64,000 nt of DNA from Cyanophora paradoxa CCMP329. Its lineage: Eukaryota; Plantae; Glaucophyta. Position numbers and translations under genes: made by a program. The notes under the pieces are model-generated. The model ran no database searches, was not told the DNA's origin, and saw only the letters and a list, made by a program, of their open reading frames with translations. The stretch is taken from contig QPMI01000420.1 of assembly GCA_004431415.1 (NCBI GenBank), forward strand, positions 124,001 through 188,000. Reading direction: 5' to 3'. This document shows, piece after piece, positions 37,501-48,287 of the stretch (its first letter is position 1; every line of letters begins with the position of its first letter).

Positions 37501-40500
37501 GCCGCGCGGGCCTCGGCCGCCGCCGCCGCCGCCGCCGCCGCCCCGCCCAAGCACGTCGTGATGGTCGTGCACGTCGACCGGGCGGCGCCGTACGCGTGCC
37601 GCCTGCTGCCCTTCGCGGACTGGCGCGTGGCGACGGTCGACTCGCTGGAGGCCGTCTCCGTCGACCCGCAGTCGGCCCTCCGGCTCGACGTCGATGCCCT
37701 CACGCGGCGGCCCCTCCGCGAGGCCCTCCGCTCGCCCCCGGGCTCCCAGGCGCGCGCCCGCCCGCCCGCCCGCCCGCCCGCCCGCCCGCCCGCACGCTCT
37801 GCTCTGCTCTGCCTTCCTCACGCGGGCCGCGCGGGCGCGCAGCTGTACGAGGCGCTCTTCTTCGGGGCGCTGCAGCGCGCGCTCGCGTGCCTCCGCTACG
37901 GGCGCGTCGCGGCGGGACGGAGGCGTGCGCCGAGTACGCCGGCCGCGTCGTCGCCGGCGTGCGCGCCTCGCCCGAGGCGCGCGACTTCCTCAAGGGCGCC
38001 GTGCTGGACCGGCTCAGGGACGGCGGGGCGCGCCCGGGGGCCTGGGCCCACGCCGTCGCCACGAAGCGCGAGGTGCCCGCCCGCCTGCCTTCCGCCCCCG
38101 CCCCCGCCCCCGCGTCGACGCCTTACGCCGCCGGCGCAGTCGCTGGTGGTCTGCTCGTCGTACGCGGGGGCGCTGCTGGAGTCGCTTCGCGAGCGCGTCA
38201 GCGAGGCGCTGGCCAAGCTCCTCTTCTTCCTCGAGCGGGAGCAGCTGTTGGGGACGCTCCTCGCGCAGCCGGCGCGCTGCGTCGCCCGCCTCGCCGAGGT
38301 CGGCGGCGAGGTCGCCGTCGACGTCCGCGGCTTCGACGCCGGCACGGACGCCCCGCAGCCCGGCGGCTACGCCGTCGAGGGGCCCCTCCCCGCGCGGCGC
38401 GCCCCCCTCTCCCGCGCCGTCTACCGCCGCGCCGAGGAGTACCGCGACGGCTTCCTCCTGCGCCTCGAGGCGGCGGCGGAGGCGGCCCGCGCCGGTGGCG
38501 GGACCCCGCCCGACGCGGCGGCGCTCGTGGCGGAGCTGCGGGAGAGCATCGCGCGGGACCAGCACCTCCGCTGGTTCCTCTTCGAGCGCGGCGCGGACGA
38601 GTACCTCGACGACTTCGCCCTCTCCGTGCGCCGCCCCGCGGAACCGGCCCGGCCGAAATCCGAGCTGAATACTGACGCCCCGGCGCGCAGGTGGCGCTCG
38701 AGCAGCCTGACTTCGCCTCGCTCGAGGCGGCGCGCGGGGCCGTGCGGGCCCTCCTCGCCCGGCTGCACCCGGCGCCCTTCCGCGACGTCCTCGACGTGCA
38801 CGCCGCCTGGTGGGCCAGCGCCCGCGAGGCCCGCGCCTGCCTACGGATGCTCGCCGCCCTCTCCGCCCTCGACCCGGCCGCCCTCGAGCGCCCCGGCCCG
38901 GCGCCGGCCTCCGCCGCCCCCGCCGCCCCCGCCGAGGACGTCGTCCGCGCGCACATCGCCGGCCTCCTCTGCCGCGCCGTCGTCGAGCAGCCGTGCGCGG
39001 CGGACGGCGCCTGGCTGCGCGCCGCGCGCGCCGCGATGGCGCTCGTCGCCGGGGCGGCTTCTTCGCCGCGCGGCCGCCGCGCGCCTTCCGCGTCCTCCAG
39101 GTCTGCGTCGACGTCGCCGCCTGCGCCGGCGAGGCGCACCCGGCCGCCGTGCGGCGCGTGGTCGAGCTCGCCGCGTCGTGCGGCGGGCCGGAGGGCGACG
39201 AGATCCTCACCAGCGCCCCCTTCCTGGAGGGCGTCCTCGCCCTCCTCGACGAACACGCCCCGCCCGCAGCTGCAGCCGCAGCCGCAGCCGCAGCCGCAGC
39301 CGAAGCCGCCGACGGCGACGCCGTTGCCTCAGCAGCAGCAGCAGCGGTGGTGGAGTCTGTGGCGGCGGTGCGGCGCGTGGAGGGCAACCTGCTCCGCCGC
39401 TGCGTCGCAGCCGCGGACGACCCGCGCGAGTCGGCGGAGCTCGTCGTGCTCGTCGCGGGGCGCGTCCTGCGCCCCGGCGGGGGCCCCCTCGGCTTCTCCG
39501 CCGACGCCCGCCGCGTCCTCTCGGCCCTCTTCGACGCGCAGGAGCGGGGCTACCAGTCCGACTCGGCGCTCCTCGGCCCCTGCGGGGACGCCCTGCGCGA
39601 CCCGGCGCTCGCCGCCCGCCTGCCCGTCTTCGCCGCCCTCGACGCCGAGCTCGCCAAGGCCGCGGAGGGCGGCGAGGCCTGGGCCTTCGTGGGGGACGCC
39701 CTCGCCTATGGGCCCTTCTCCCGCCTGCGCGCCGAGCACCTCGCCGCCGGCAGTGCCGAGGCGACCGAGGCGGCGGCGGCGCTGGGCGCCGCGGCCGCGC
39801 TGCTGGGATCGGGACGGCGGGGCCGCTGACGACGGTGCTGGCTGCGACGTACGCGCGGGCCTGCCTGGCGCGCGCCGCGGAGTACCTCGCGCCCTCCGAC
39901 GCCGGCGTGGCGGCGGGCCCCGGCGGCCTCAGCGAGCACCTCCTGGCCGCCCTCGGGGCCCTTGGCGAGGCGGGGGGCGAGCCCGCGGATGCGCTGCGGG
40001 TCTGCCTCGTGCAGCAGATCCGCCGCGCGGCCGGCGGGGCGCCCCTCGCGCAGCTCGCCGAGCGGTGCAGGGGCGAGCTTGCGCGGCGGGCGCCCCTCCG
40101 CTGGCTTGGGGACCTGCCCTGGGGCGAGCCGAACGAGGCGCCCCTCGACTACAACCCCTTCGCCGCCGACGTGGGCTTCGGCGAGGCGGAGGCGGACCTG
40201 AAGGAGCTGCTCTGGCGCCGCGACGCCGGTCCCGTGGCGCGCCGGCTCGCCGGCGGCTCCCCCGCCGAGCCCCACGCCGCCGTGCTGGCCGCCGCCTGGC
40301 GCCTCCTGCTCCCGCGCGCCGCGCGGCAGCCCTCCGCCGGCGACCGCGAGGCGGCAGCGGCCCTCGCGCGCTGCGCCGCTGCCGGGCGCCCGCAGGACTC
40401 GGCCCTCCTGGCCGTGCTGGGCGCGGCGGCCGCGGGCGCCGGCGCCGGCGGGCCGCGCCTGCCGCGGCCGTGCCCGCTGGACCTCGCGCCCGGCTGCAGC

Positions 40501-43500
40501 GCGGCGAGCGTGCACGTCGCCGCGCTCTTCGCCCGCGTGGCGGCGCTGCTGGGCGCGCTGCCGGCCGGCGCCTCGCCCTACCATGCCCTCTTCGCGGACC
40601 CAGCAGGGGCGCTGCGGGAGCAGCTCCTGCCGGGGGTCCTCGCCTGCCCAACCCTCGTCACCTTCTTCGAGTTGAAGCAGCAGAAGAGCGGCGAGGGGGA
40701 GATCCGCCACTGGCGCGTCTACCGCCACGCCGCCTGCGGATTCGAGTGCGCCCTTTTGGTTCCTTTGGGTTCACGCGGCAGCGCGCGCCGAACGCTGACT
40801 CGGTGGAGCACAGATACACCGTGGACGGGTGCGGCCAGAACGTCACGCCGGATAAGTGCCCGCGGTGCCCCGGGGCGGACATCGGCGGGACTGACCACAA
40901 GACGGCCCCCGGCAACATCGACGTGACGGCCGAGCGCCTGCGGCCTCTGCCCGGCCTGCACGCCGAGAATCCCGCCTTCCTCCGCTGCAGCGAGTACGCG
41001 GACCGCGGCCTCAACGCCACGACCTTCCGCGCCCTGCACGCCATCGCGTACCTGGCGGCCGCCGCCGCCGCCGAGTCGGGCCGCCTCTCGGAGGAGGACG
41101 GGCGGGGCTGCTTCCACGCCGGCGACGCGGCGAACTGCCTTCGCGTCGTGGAGGTCGACCTCGAGGTGCTCGCCGCGGCGCTGGGCGTGGGCCTGGAGGA
41201 GGCCTGCCTCGTGCTCCACGCCGCCCTCCGCGCCTTCGCCGGGGACCTCTTCGCCGGCCGCGCCGCCTTCGCCGCCGGCGCGGTCGTCGCCGCGGCCGGC
41301 GCGGCGCGGCGGATGCGGAGGAGCGGCGCCGCCGCTTCGAGGCGGAGTTCGAGGCGAGGTACCTGGCGCCGGCGCTGGCGGGGGCGCCGCCGCCGCCGCC
41401 GCGCGCCTCGTCGCCGAGTGCCGCCCGCCGCCGTGCGACGCCTCCGCCCGCTTCGAGGCGGCCGTCCTCTGCCAGTGGGACGCGGCGGCCCCGCGGCCCC
41501 TCGCCCGCCTGCTCGACCCCATCGCCTTCGCCAGCGCCGCCGCCCTCCGCGCCCACTTCCTCGCGGACTCGGTCAACGCCGAGCGGCACCCGGCGCTCGC
41601 GCTCCTCCTGAGGCACGAGGAGGACCTCCGGCGGGCGCGGGCGCTCCTGCCCGTCGTCGAGTTCGCGCGGCTCGTCCAGCGGCGCCTGGAGGGCCGCCTG
41701 CGCCGCGCCGAGGCGCAGCAGCTCACCGTGCGCGAGTTCCTCGAGCGCGTCGGCGAGCCCGAGGCGGCGCGGGCCCTCTTCGAGCGCTGCCGGGCGGCCC
41801 TCCGTCTGCTCGCGGCGGACCACGCGGCGCGCCCCATCCGCGTCGGCTGCCGCGAGCTGAACCTGAGCGGCGTCGAGGCGATCGAGACCGAGTCCAAGGT
41901 CGCCTTCTTTGTCGCCGAGCGCGCCGAGGGCGCCGACGCCACCGAGGCGGGGTGCGCGGCGAGCATCCATCCTACCGCGCCCAGAGCCTCAGCTGACGGC
42001 CGCGCCGCCGCAGGTCGGTCGTGTGCGCCGTGCTCGACATCGTCGCCCAGGCGCACAACCGCGCGCTCTCCGAGGCGCGGGCCCTCGCGGAGAGCTGCCC
42101 CGCGCTGGCCTTCCTGCTGCCGGCCCCGGCGGGCGCGCTGCTGGCGCAGGAGGCGGCCGCCGGGGACCTCTGCGCGCCCGAGGCCAGCGACGCGCTCGTG
42201 CAGGCGCACTCCACGCCGCTCGTGTCGCTCGAGGGCGCCGGCCGCTCCGCCCTCGCCTACCAGCTCGGCTCCCTCGAGGCCGACCTCGCCCAGGTGCCCG
42301 CGCCGCCGCCCGCCCCGCCCCGCCCCGCGCGCTCACGGGCCGCAGGCCGCGTTCGCGGGCGGCTGCCCATCCGCACGGACCCCTTCGAGCCGGGCCGGGC
42401 GCTCCTCGTCCCCTTCTCGCACCACCTCGAGCTCGCGCCGGAGCGGCTGCGCATCCCCCTCGAGGTCGGCGCCCGCGTCGAGCAGGAGCGCATCCAGCCG
42501 GCCATCGCCCGCGCCATCAAGGTGCCCCGCCCGCCCGCCCCGCGCCCCGGCCCGCGGCAGCCAACCGCGTCCGCCGCTTGCGAGCGCAGGCCTCGATCAG
42601 GGTGATCACGCCCACCCGCCCCGCGCGCCCGCGCCCCGCCGCAGCCAACCGCGACCGCCGCGGCCGCTCGCGGGCGCAGGCCTCGGGCGCCCTGCGCGAG
42701 CACTTGGACCAGCTCCTGCCCTCTCTCAACGTCGTCCTGGCGACGGTCCGCCCGGCCCCCGCCCGGCCCCCCGCGCGCCCGCTCTCTCCTCGGTTCGATT
42801 TGCTTCGCGCAGCTGATCCGGGCGTCGCGGTGGCCGGAGCACGAGCGCCTCTCGGACTTTGCGCGGCACTTCGACGCGCCCTCGACGGAGGCGTGGCTCC
42901 TGCGGCACGACGTGCTCCGCCCGCTCTGCCTCAAGCACGCCTGCGACCTCTACGACGTCGTCGAGTCCGTCCACACCGACGTGCGCCCCCGATTCCCGAA
43001 TTTCAGCGGCGCGCGCGCCGTTTACGCCCGCGCAGGTCGTGGTCGACATCCTGCGCGACGATCGCGCATTCTGCGAGGAGCTCCCGCCCGACGCCCGCGA
43101 GCTGATCCGCGCGGGCCTGGAGGGGCGCGCGGTGCCCCTGGGGCGGCTGGCGCTGGCGGCGGCGCGCCTCCTGTCGCGCGTCCTGCGGGACACGCGCGAG
43201 GGGCAGGCGCGCCTCGGGCTCCGCGTGCAGCTGACCCGCGAGGAGCTCTGGGTGACGCCCCGCGAGGGGTCGGCCCCGGGCGAGGAGGAGCTCGCGCGGG
43301 TCGTGCACGGCGGCCTGACCCTCGCGCACGCCCGCGCCCTCCACCTCTTCCTCCAGGGCCTCCTCGCCGTGCGCGCCTTTCAGCTTCCCGCAGGCCAAGC
43401 CGGCCGGCCCGGGCCCCTGTCGCTGACTGGGGTGAGCAGGACGTCGACGGAGGTGCTGGCCACGGGCCCGGGGGCCAGGGACCCCCACCCGACGGGTACC

Positions 43501-43583
43501 GCACGGCGGCGGATCGGCTCAAGCTTTCGCGCCCGACCGCCCCCGCCGTGGCCGAGCGCCCGGGCGCCCGGCGCTTCGAGTGA
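25543..43583 (+). CDS. RNF213/mysterin-like giant AAA+ ATPase / RZ-finger E3 ligase; many introns and several apparent frameshifts
   Basis: RNF213-family motifs appear in order: VTSERAGLGKT; YVLTADNMLKMILIWTRVDAGVPVVVSGDTGCGKTSL; VLFLDEINT...FVAACNPYKK; LVYRVHPLP; VSLRDVSRC; FNEALRENVFMLLVCI...VGKPGSSKSL; YQGSPQSTSEG; VVMDEIGLADTSPHNPLKVLH; FVGISNY.IDASK; NFFGLRDVYSLVK; VRRNFGG; GSSFPGD; YGSLYDILNGNY; FLNRFEK; then an RZ finger and C-terminal domain. Stop TGA at 43581-43583; start codon less certain. Confidence 0.92.
27085..27360 (+). other. CBM20-type carbohydrate-binding module of the RNF213-like protein
   Basis: LFVLGSTPELGQWD...MDP....HVW...VPIPRGEAVRYKYV......AWEAGEDR fits the CBM20 consensus (V.GS...LG.W, YKY, WE.G.NR). 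Confidence 0.85.
40712..40918 (+). other. RZ finger of the RNF213-like protein, split by intron 40746-40813
   Basis: Spliced: WRVYRHAACGFEYTVDGCGQNVTPDKCPRCPGADIGGTDHKTAPGN, compared with the RZ pattern C-x3-H-x6-CG-x7-C-x2-C-x3-IGG-x2-H. Confidence 0.85.
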
Positions 43584-44131
43584 CGTGCATGCGCATTCCA
43601 TCGTGATCCGCGGTATATCACTAGGTCGCACGTGTTACGGTAGGCCTGATCGTGAATCAACAAGAGCACCATGTATACAAATTTGCAAGTACTTTAAGAT
43701 CCCTGAGCTCGAGAATGTCAAGATTATGAATGTCTTTAAAAATTATGCCCCCTGGGCAGCCCCCTGTGGCCGGTAATTCACCAAAAAAAAAGAGAATGTC
43801 AAGATTAATGCATATGCCGACAACCGATGTCCCATGCATGTGAGAACGTGCCTACAAGCGAGTCCCTGCGGAGCAGGAGTGGCCTTGGGTCTTGGGGCAT
43901 CAAGGCGTGAGGGTGGCGCTCTTTGTTTTTAAACGGGGGCCCGCAACGTTAACGTGCATTTATATGCATGCGCATCGTTTCAACGGTTAACGTGCATACC
44001 CATACGCGAAAAAATACAAGCGTATATGTACAGCTATCGATATCGCAGCTATACATCGCGATCTATACATATATGATCGATGAAAAACGAAATCAAATTC
44101 AAAATCGAAATCCGATGATCTATAGCTATAG

Positions 44132-46626
44132 CTAGGATGTCGACTCAGTACCAATGTTCGATTTTGAAGCCAAATTAGCGAGCTGTGCAGCATACGCCCT
44201 CTGAACACAAGCCTTGAAATGTGCAGAAATTCTAACCTTATGAGCAATCTTGCCCTGATACATCAGAAGAAAGGACTGAAGGGTGAGGCAGAAAAGAGAA
44301 GGAGGCGATGTTCTATAGCTATTTGGTGGTACCTGTGCTGACGCATATATATGCTGCCTTGCAATTAAGCTTAAGATTGCTATACCTTGTTGCACGGGGC
44401 GACTTCCACAGGCGTGTCTTTTGCTTCATTTCTAGATCGATATCTCTCTCTCGTGGGACTGGTGCTGGAAGCAAAGGGGATTGCCTCAGAAAAAAGTGCT
44501 CATGGAATAAACCGTGGCTGCAATTCCACAGTCCTGTGCGGCCGCCATCGCAGCATTGTCTGTAAAATTAAACGTATTCTGTTAGCTCGAGCTCTGGAAT
44601 ATATATAGAGATCGAGCGAATTTGAAGAGCACCGGAAATAACTCGGTTTGTCATCTTGGTGCCACTCAAAACATATATTCGGAGAATTGTAAATGTCGTT
44701 TAGTTTCTTGAAACGATTCTCAGTGATATCCAAAAGCTTCCACGCAGTGCTGATTCTAGACTCACGTTTGCTAACCTCTCGTTGGACAAAAGATGGAGCG
44801 CGAGGTTCACCGGATCCGGATCCGGAGCGCATGAATTGCTTGTAATGAATGCACCGGTACAGAGGTCGAAAACGCTCAAGCGCATGATCATGATCAGGGA
44901 GTTCTTGGAACGGTTTGTGTGCACGAAGATATGCTATATCCGCGTCAACACCAGTTTTCACAAGCGATATCATCTGCGCCAAGGACGAAACCGATCGTTA
45001 ATGTAAAAGCAATGGAGTATATAAATTATCATTAAGCTTTTAATTTTTGTACACCTCAGCTTTCAAGGCATCTTTCGTCTCTTGATCCAGTTTCGAGTGT
45101 GCATATAGAACGGCCAGCGAAAGACACTTGCTAAAGAATACTCGTTTCTCTAAAATGTCTTGGATTCCATACACTGAACGGCTCTCATAGTGCTTGGTCA
45201 AGTAACGGGGGCCATTAGCGCAAATTTTTGCGGCTTGTTGCTTGATTGCATCTATGTGTTGCGGAGACAAACGTATAGTAAATTGAGGCTTCGATCCGCT
45301 GTACTCTCTTAAAAGAAGCCACTTTGTGACGGGATCAAGCTCGGAGGTCTTGAATTCATTGCCCTGCAATGCACGTTAATAATGCAATGTAGCGAGTGCA
45401 ATGGTTAAGCTTGTTACAATTGGAGTTCACACCACTAGTACTTTAAGTTCTTGTTCGGCTTCTTCAGCGAGCTGCCGAAGAGCAGCGCTTTTCTGGTCAC
45501 ATCCCGTATAGATTCGAGCCACTTCAAGTAGTCCAGTTGTCATCGTGACTGCAATACTGACTGTTTCGCTTTGCGTCAAGTACATGGTCAGCTTAAACAC
45601 GTGAAAATGAGCTCGAGAACGATTTCAACTGCGAACCTGCACTTCAGCTTTAGCTTGAATTCAGCTGAAGAGCTAGTGTCCTCTGTGTGCACGTCGGCCG
45701 AGTGACGCCGTTTCTTCATCTGGGTACTGGCCATGGCCATGGTATAGAGCTTTAGGCGGGCACAGCGCCCGGCGGCCATGTCGGGCTGCAGCGCTGCAGC
45801 ACCTCTCAGAATGTCCATCGATATCCTGATCGATATCATGATCTCGATCTGGTTCTCCGGGGGCAAGTGCAGCTGCAGGTGCAGCTAGGGCTGGATCTGG
45901 CCATGGCTGCGCGAAAACCAATCTTAATTATATAAGTGAGCAAAATATATAAGGACGATATGCAGATAAAAATATATATAACGCGCTAATACTGCAGCTG
46001 CAGCTGCGTTATACGAAGGTCGAAAGCACACCTGCACGTGCACAGCTGCAGCTAGCGCTGCAGGCCCGGGGGACGTCGACGTGCACACTGGTACCGAATT
46101 CGAACTGGATCCGCGGCCGAAGCTGAGATAATCAATGTCTGCAATCACGCGCGAGCACAAGCGTTAGCAGAACAGACTGTTAACGTTACAATTGCATTGG
46201 AGGTAGCGCGTGCGTTGTACCTGCACATGCTTCGGATCCGAATTCGAACCCAGATTGAGATCTAGAGGTGCTGCAATGCTCAAGCTCGAGCTCTTGATCA
46301 CGATCACGACCATGATCATGCATATGATCATGATCATGATCATGATCATGATCGACGCAGCTGACGTCGACTCCGGATCCAGCTCTGAGCTGCTCTAGAT
46401 TAAGATCTATCGGAGCTGCAGCTGATCGCACGTGCACACTGCTGCTGATCTCAAGGTGAACATCCCGAACATGGCGATATAAGTGGCATCGTTTACGCGC
46501 ATGGTGTCCGCAAACACTGCAGCTAAAATGCTGCGGCGGACCGTGGTTGCAAGTGGGCGGGCACTGGATGATTTCTCTTTCGACGCTAGATGGGACAGCT
46601 GCCTGGGCTGGGCGTCCTCGAGGCAT
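44132..46626 (-). CDS. Putative multi-exon protein with AT-hook-like start, C2H2 zinc finger, His/Asp repeat and unknown C-terminal domain
   Basis: MPRGRP...FSCSVCGHHARKRCHLYRHVRDVH...DHDHDHDHMHDH. Downstream exons (GNEFKTSELDPVTKWLLL; MISLVKTGVDADIAYLRAHKPF; RQCCDGGRTGLWNCSHG) join through GT-AG introns to TAG at 44132. The link across 45.6-45.9 kb is uncertain. Confidence 0.55.
46288..46352. repeat. (ATGATC)n-type hexanucleotide microsatellite encoding the His/Asp run
   Basis: catgatcatgcatatgatcatgatcatgatcatgatcatgatc. Confidence 0.8.
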
Positions 46627-47396
46627 GCTGTGAATATACACGTACAGTCGCGCGAGGCGTCTCCTGCGCTCGGCCCGTCGCGCGCGCGAGGCGCAACGCC
46701 GAAGGGCGGGGAGGCGCGCACTTTGCGGGGGGGAGGGCCGTCGGCGCCGCTGCTCTCCGGTGCCTCCGCCGCGAAGCTTAAGGCGCCGCGATCCGGCCGC
46801 GATCCGCCGCGGGGCCGCTAGCGCTGCGCCCGCCTCGTCGCGCGCGCGGGGCGCGGCGCTGAAGCTTAAGCTTAAGGGCAGGGCGGCTATAGCTAGGCGC
46901 GCACCAGCTGCAGGTTTCCAGGTTTCCTGCGCTCGCCCCCGCTTGCGCGCGCGAGGCGTTCCGGGCCGGGGCGGCGCAACCGCGCGCGCCCGCAGCCGCG
47001 CGCGCACGTATACGTATCTTTCGTGCTACGTATACTCGCGCGCCCGCAGCCGCACGTAGGCTTCGGCCCGCCGCGTCGCTTTCGACTTTTTATAACCGCG
47101 CGCGCTAACCGCGCGGGCGATCGCGTGGTGCAGCTCGTGAGCTCGAGAGACCGCCAGCTGTATATATCGATCGTGAGAGCGCCCGAGCTTGGCCAGTGCT
47201 GTAGCTCGACGCTCGCGGGTGCGCGCTTTCTGCAGCTGCAGCTGGGAGCTCGAGCCGCGGCCGTGCGCACTGCGCATGCGCAAGCAGCTGCAGCGGGGGC
47301 TACGGGAATCGGATGGCGAGAGAGCGCCTTCGCTATTTGCTGTCCAATGGGACGTTTCCTTCTGTCTTTTTCTTTCTCTAAAACCTTCGTTCGCGA

Positions 47397-47535
47397 GCCA
47401 GTCTCGGCTTGGAGCCGGGAAGTGAATCCGATTCGTCGGCTTGAATGGAAGCCAGTTTCGGTGCAGTCGTCGAGACCCGACTTGACGTCTAGCTGACGAA
47501 TGGGATTTCGATCCCGGCTCCTAGCCGAGACTGGC
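47397..47535 (+). ncRNA. Candidate long hairpin RNA (pre-miRNA-like) or tiny foldback element
   Basis: 47-nt arms 47397-47443 and 47489-47535 are imperfect reverse complements, with an inner stem GTTTCGG/TCGAGAC. Confidence 0.4.
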
Positions 47536-48287
47536 CAAATTTCGGCGCCATCTCCTGCTTCAGCCTTACATGCGCGAGGTGCGCTTGGAACTAGCCTAGG
47601 CTGAAGTTCATGTGCCCCATCTTTTCCAATTTAAGCCGAGTCCAGGGTCTCCTCCCCTCCAGAGATTCAGGGGGGATTTCATTTCAATTCTGTGTTAGTG
47701 CCCGATAACGTTCGAATCAGGCAAAATTAGTATCATTTTCGGAGTCCCAGAGGCCAAAAATGGGGTAGTAGGTCGATTCGTTTGTTCTAAATTTTGATGC
47801 GGTGGCAAACGGACAAGATAGGAGCCAACCTAAGGGCCTCTCCTTTCCCCAAGGCCGATAGCTAGATATCGATCTTGATGTTCAATTCGCCGGGCCCGCC
47901 CGCGCTCGATCCCCCCGCGCGCGCCGCGCCGTGCACGTGCACGTGGGCCACGTCGTGGGCCACGACGTCGACCGTCGAACGTCGATCAGCCCGCCTTCGA
48001 ATTCGGTACCGGTGCGAACGAAGTTCGCGCTGCGTGCGCATGTACGCGCGCGATGCACATATGCGCGCGCGCGTCTGGAAAGCTCCCCATCACTCCGTCG
48101 AGGCGCGCTGGGGGCGGCTGGCCAAGCGTGGCCCCTTAACTTCGCCAGAACCGCACCGGTACCCGGTACCCCGCCGACGGCGGCCGACCGCTTCTCAAAT
48201 TCCAGCATCGGCACAGCGGCCAGAAGCGCTCGCCTGCAATCAGCCCACATCCAGCACCTGCCCGGACGCGCGGCAGGGAGCGTTCGC

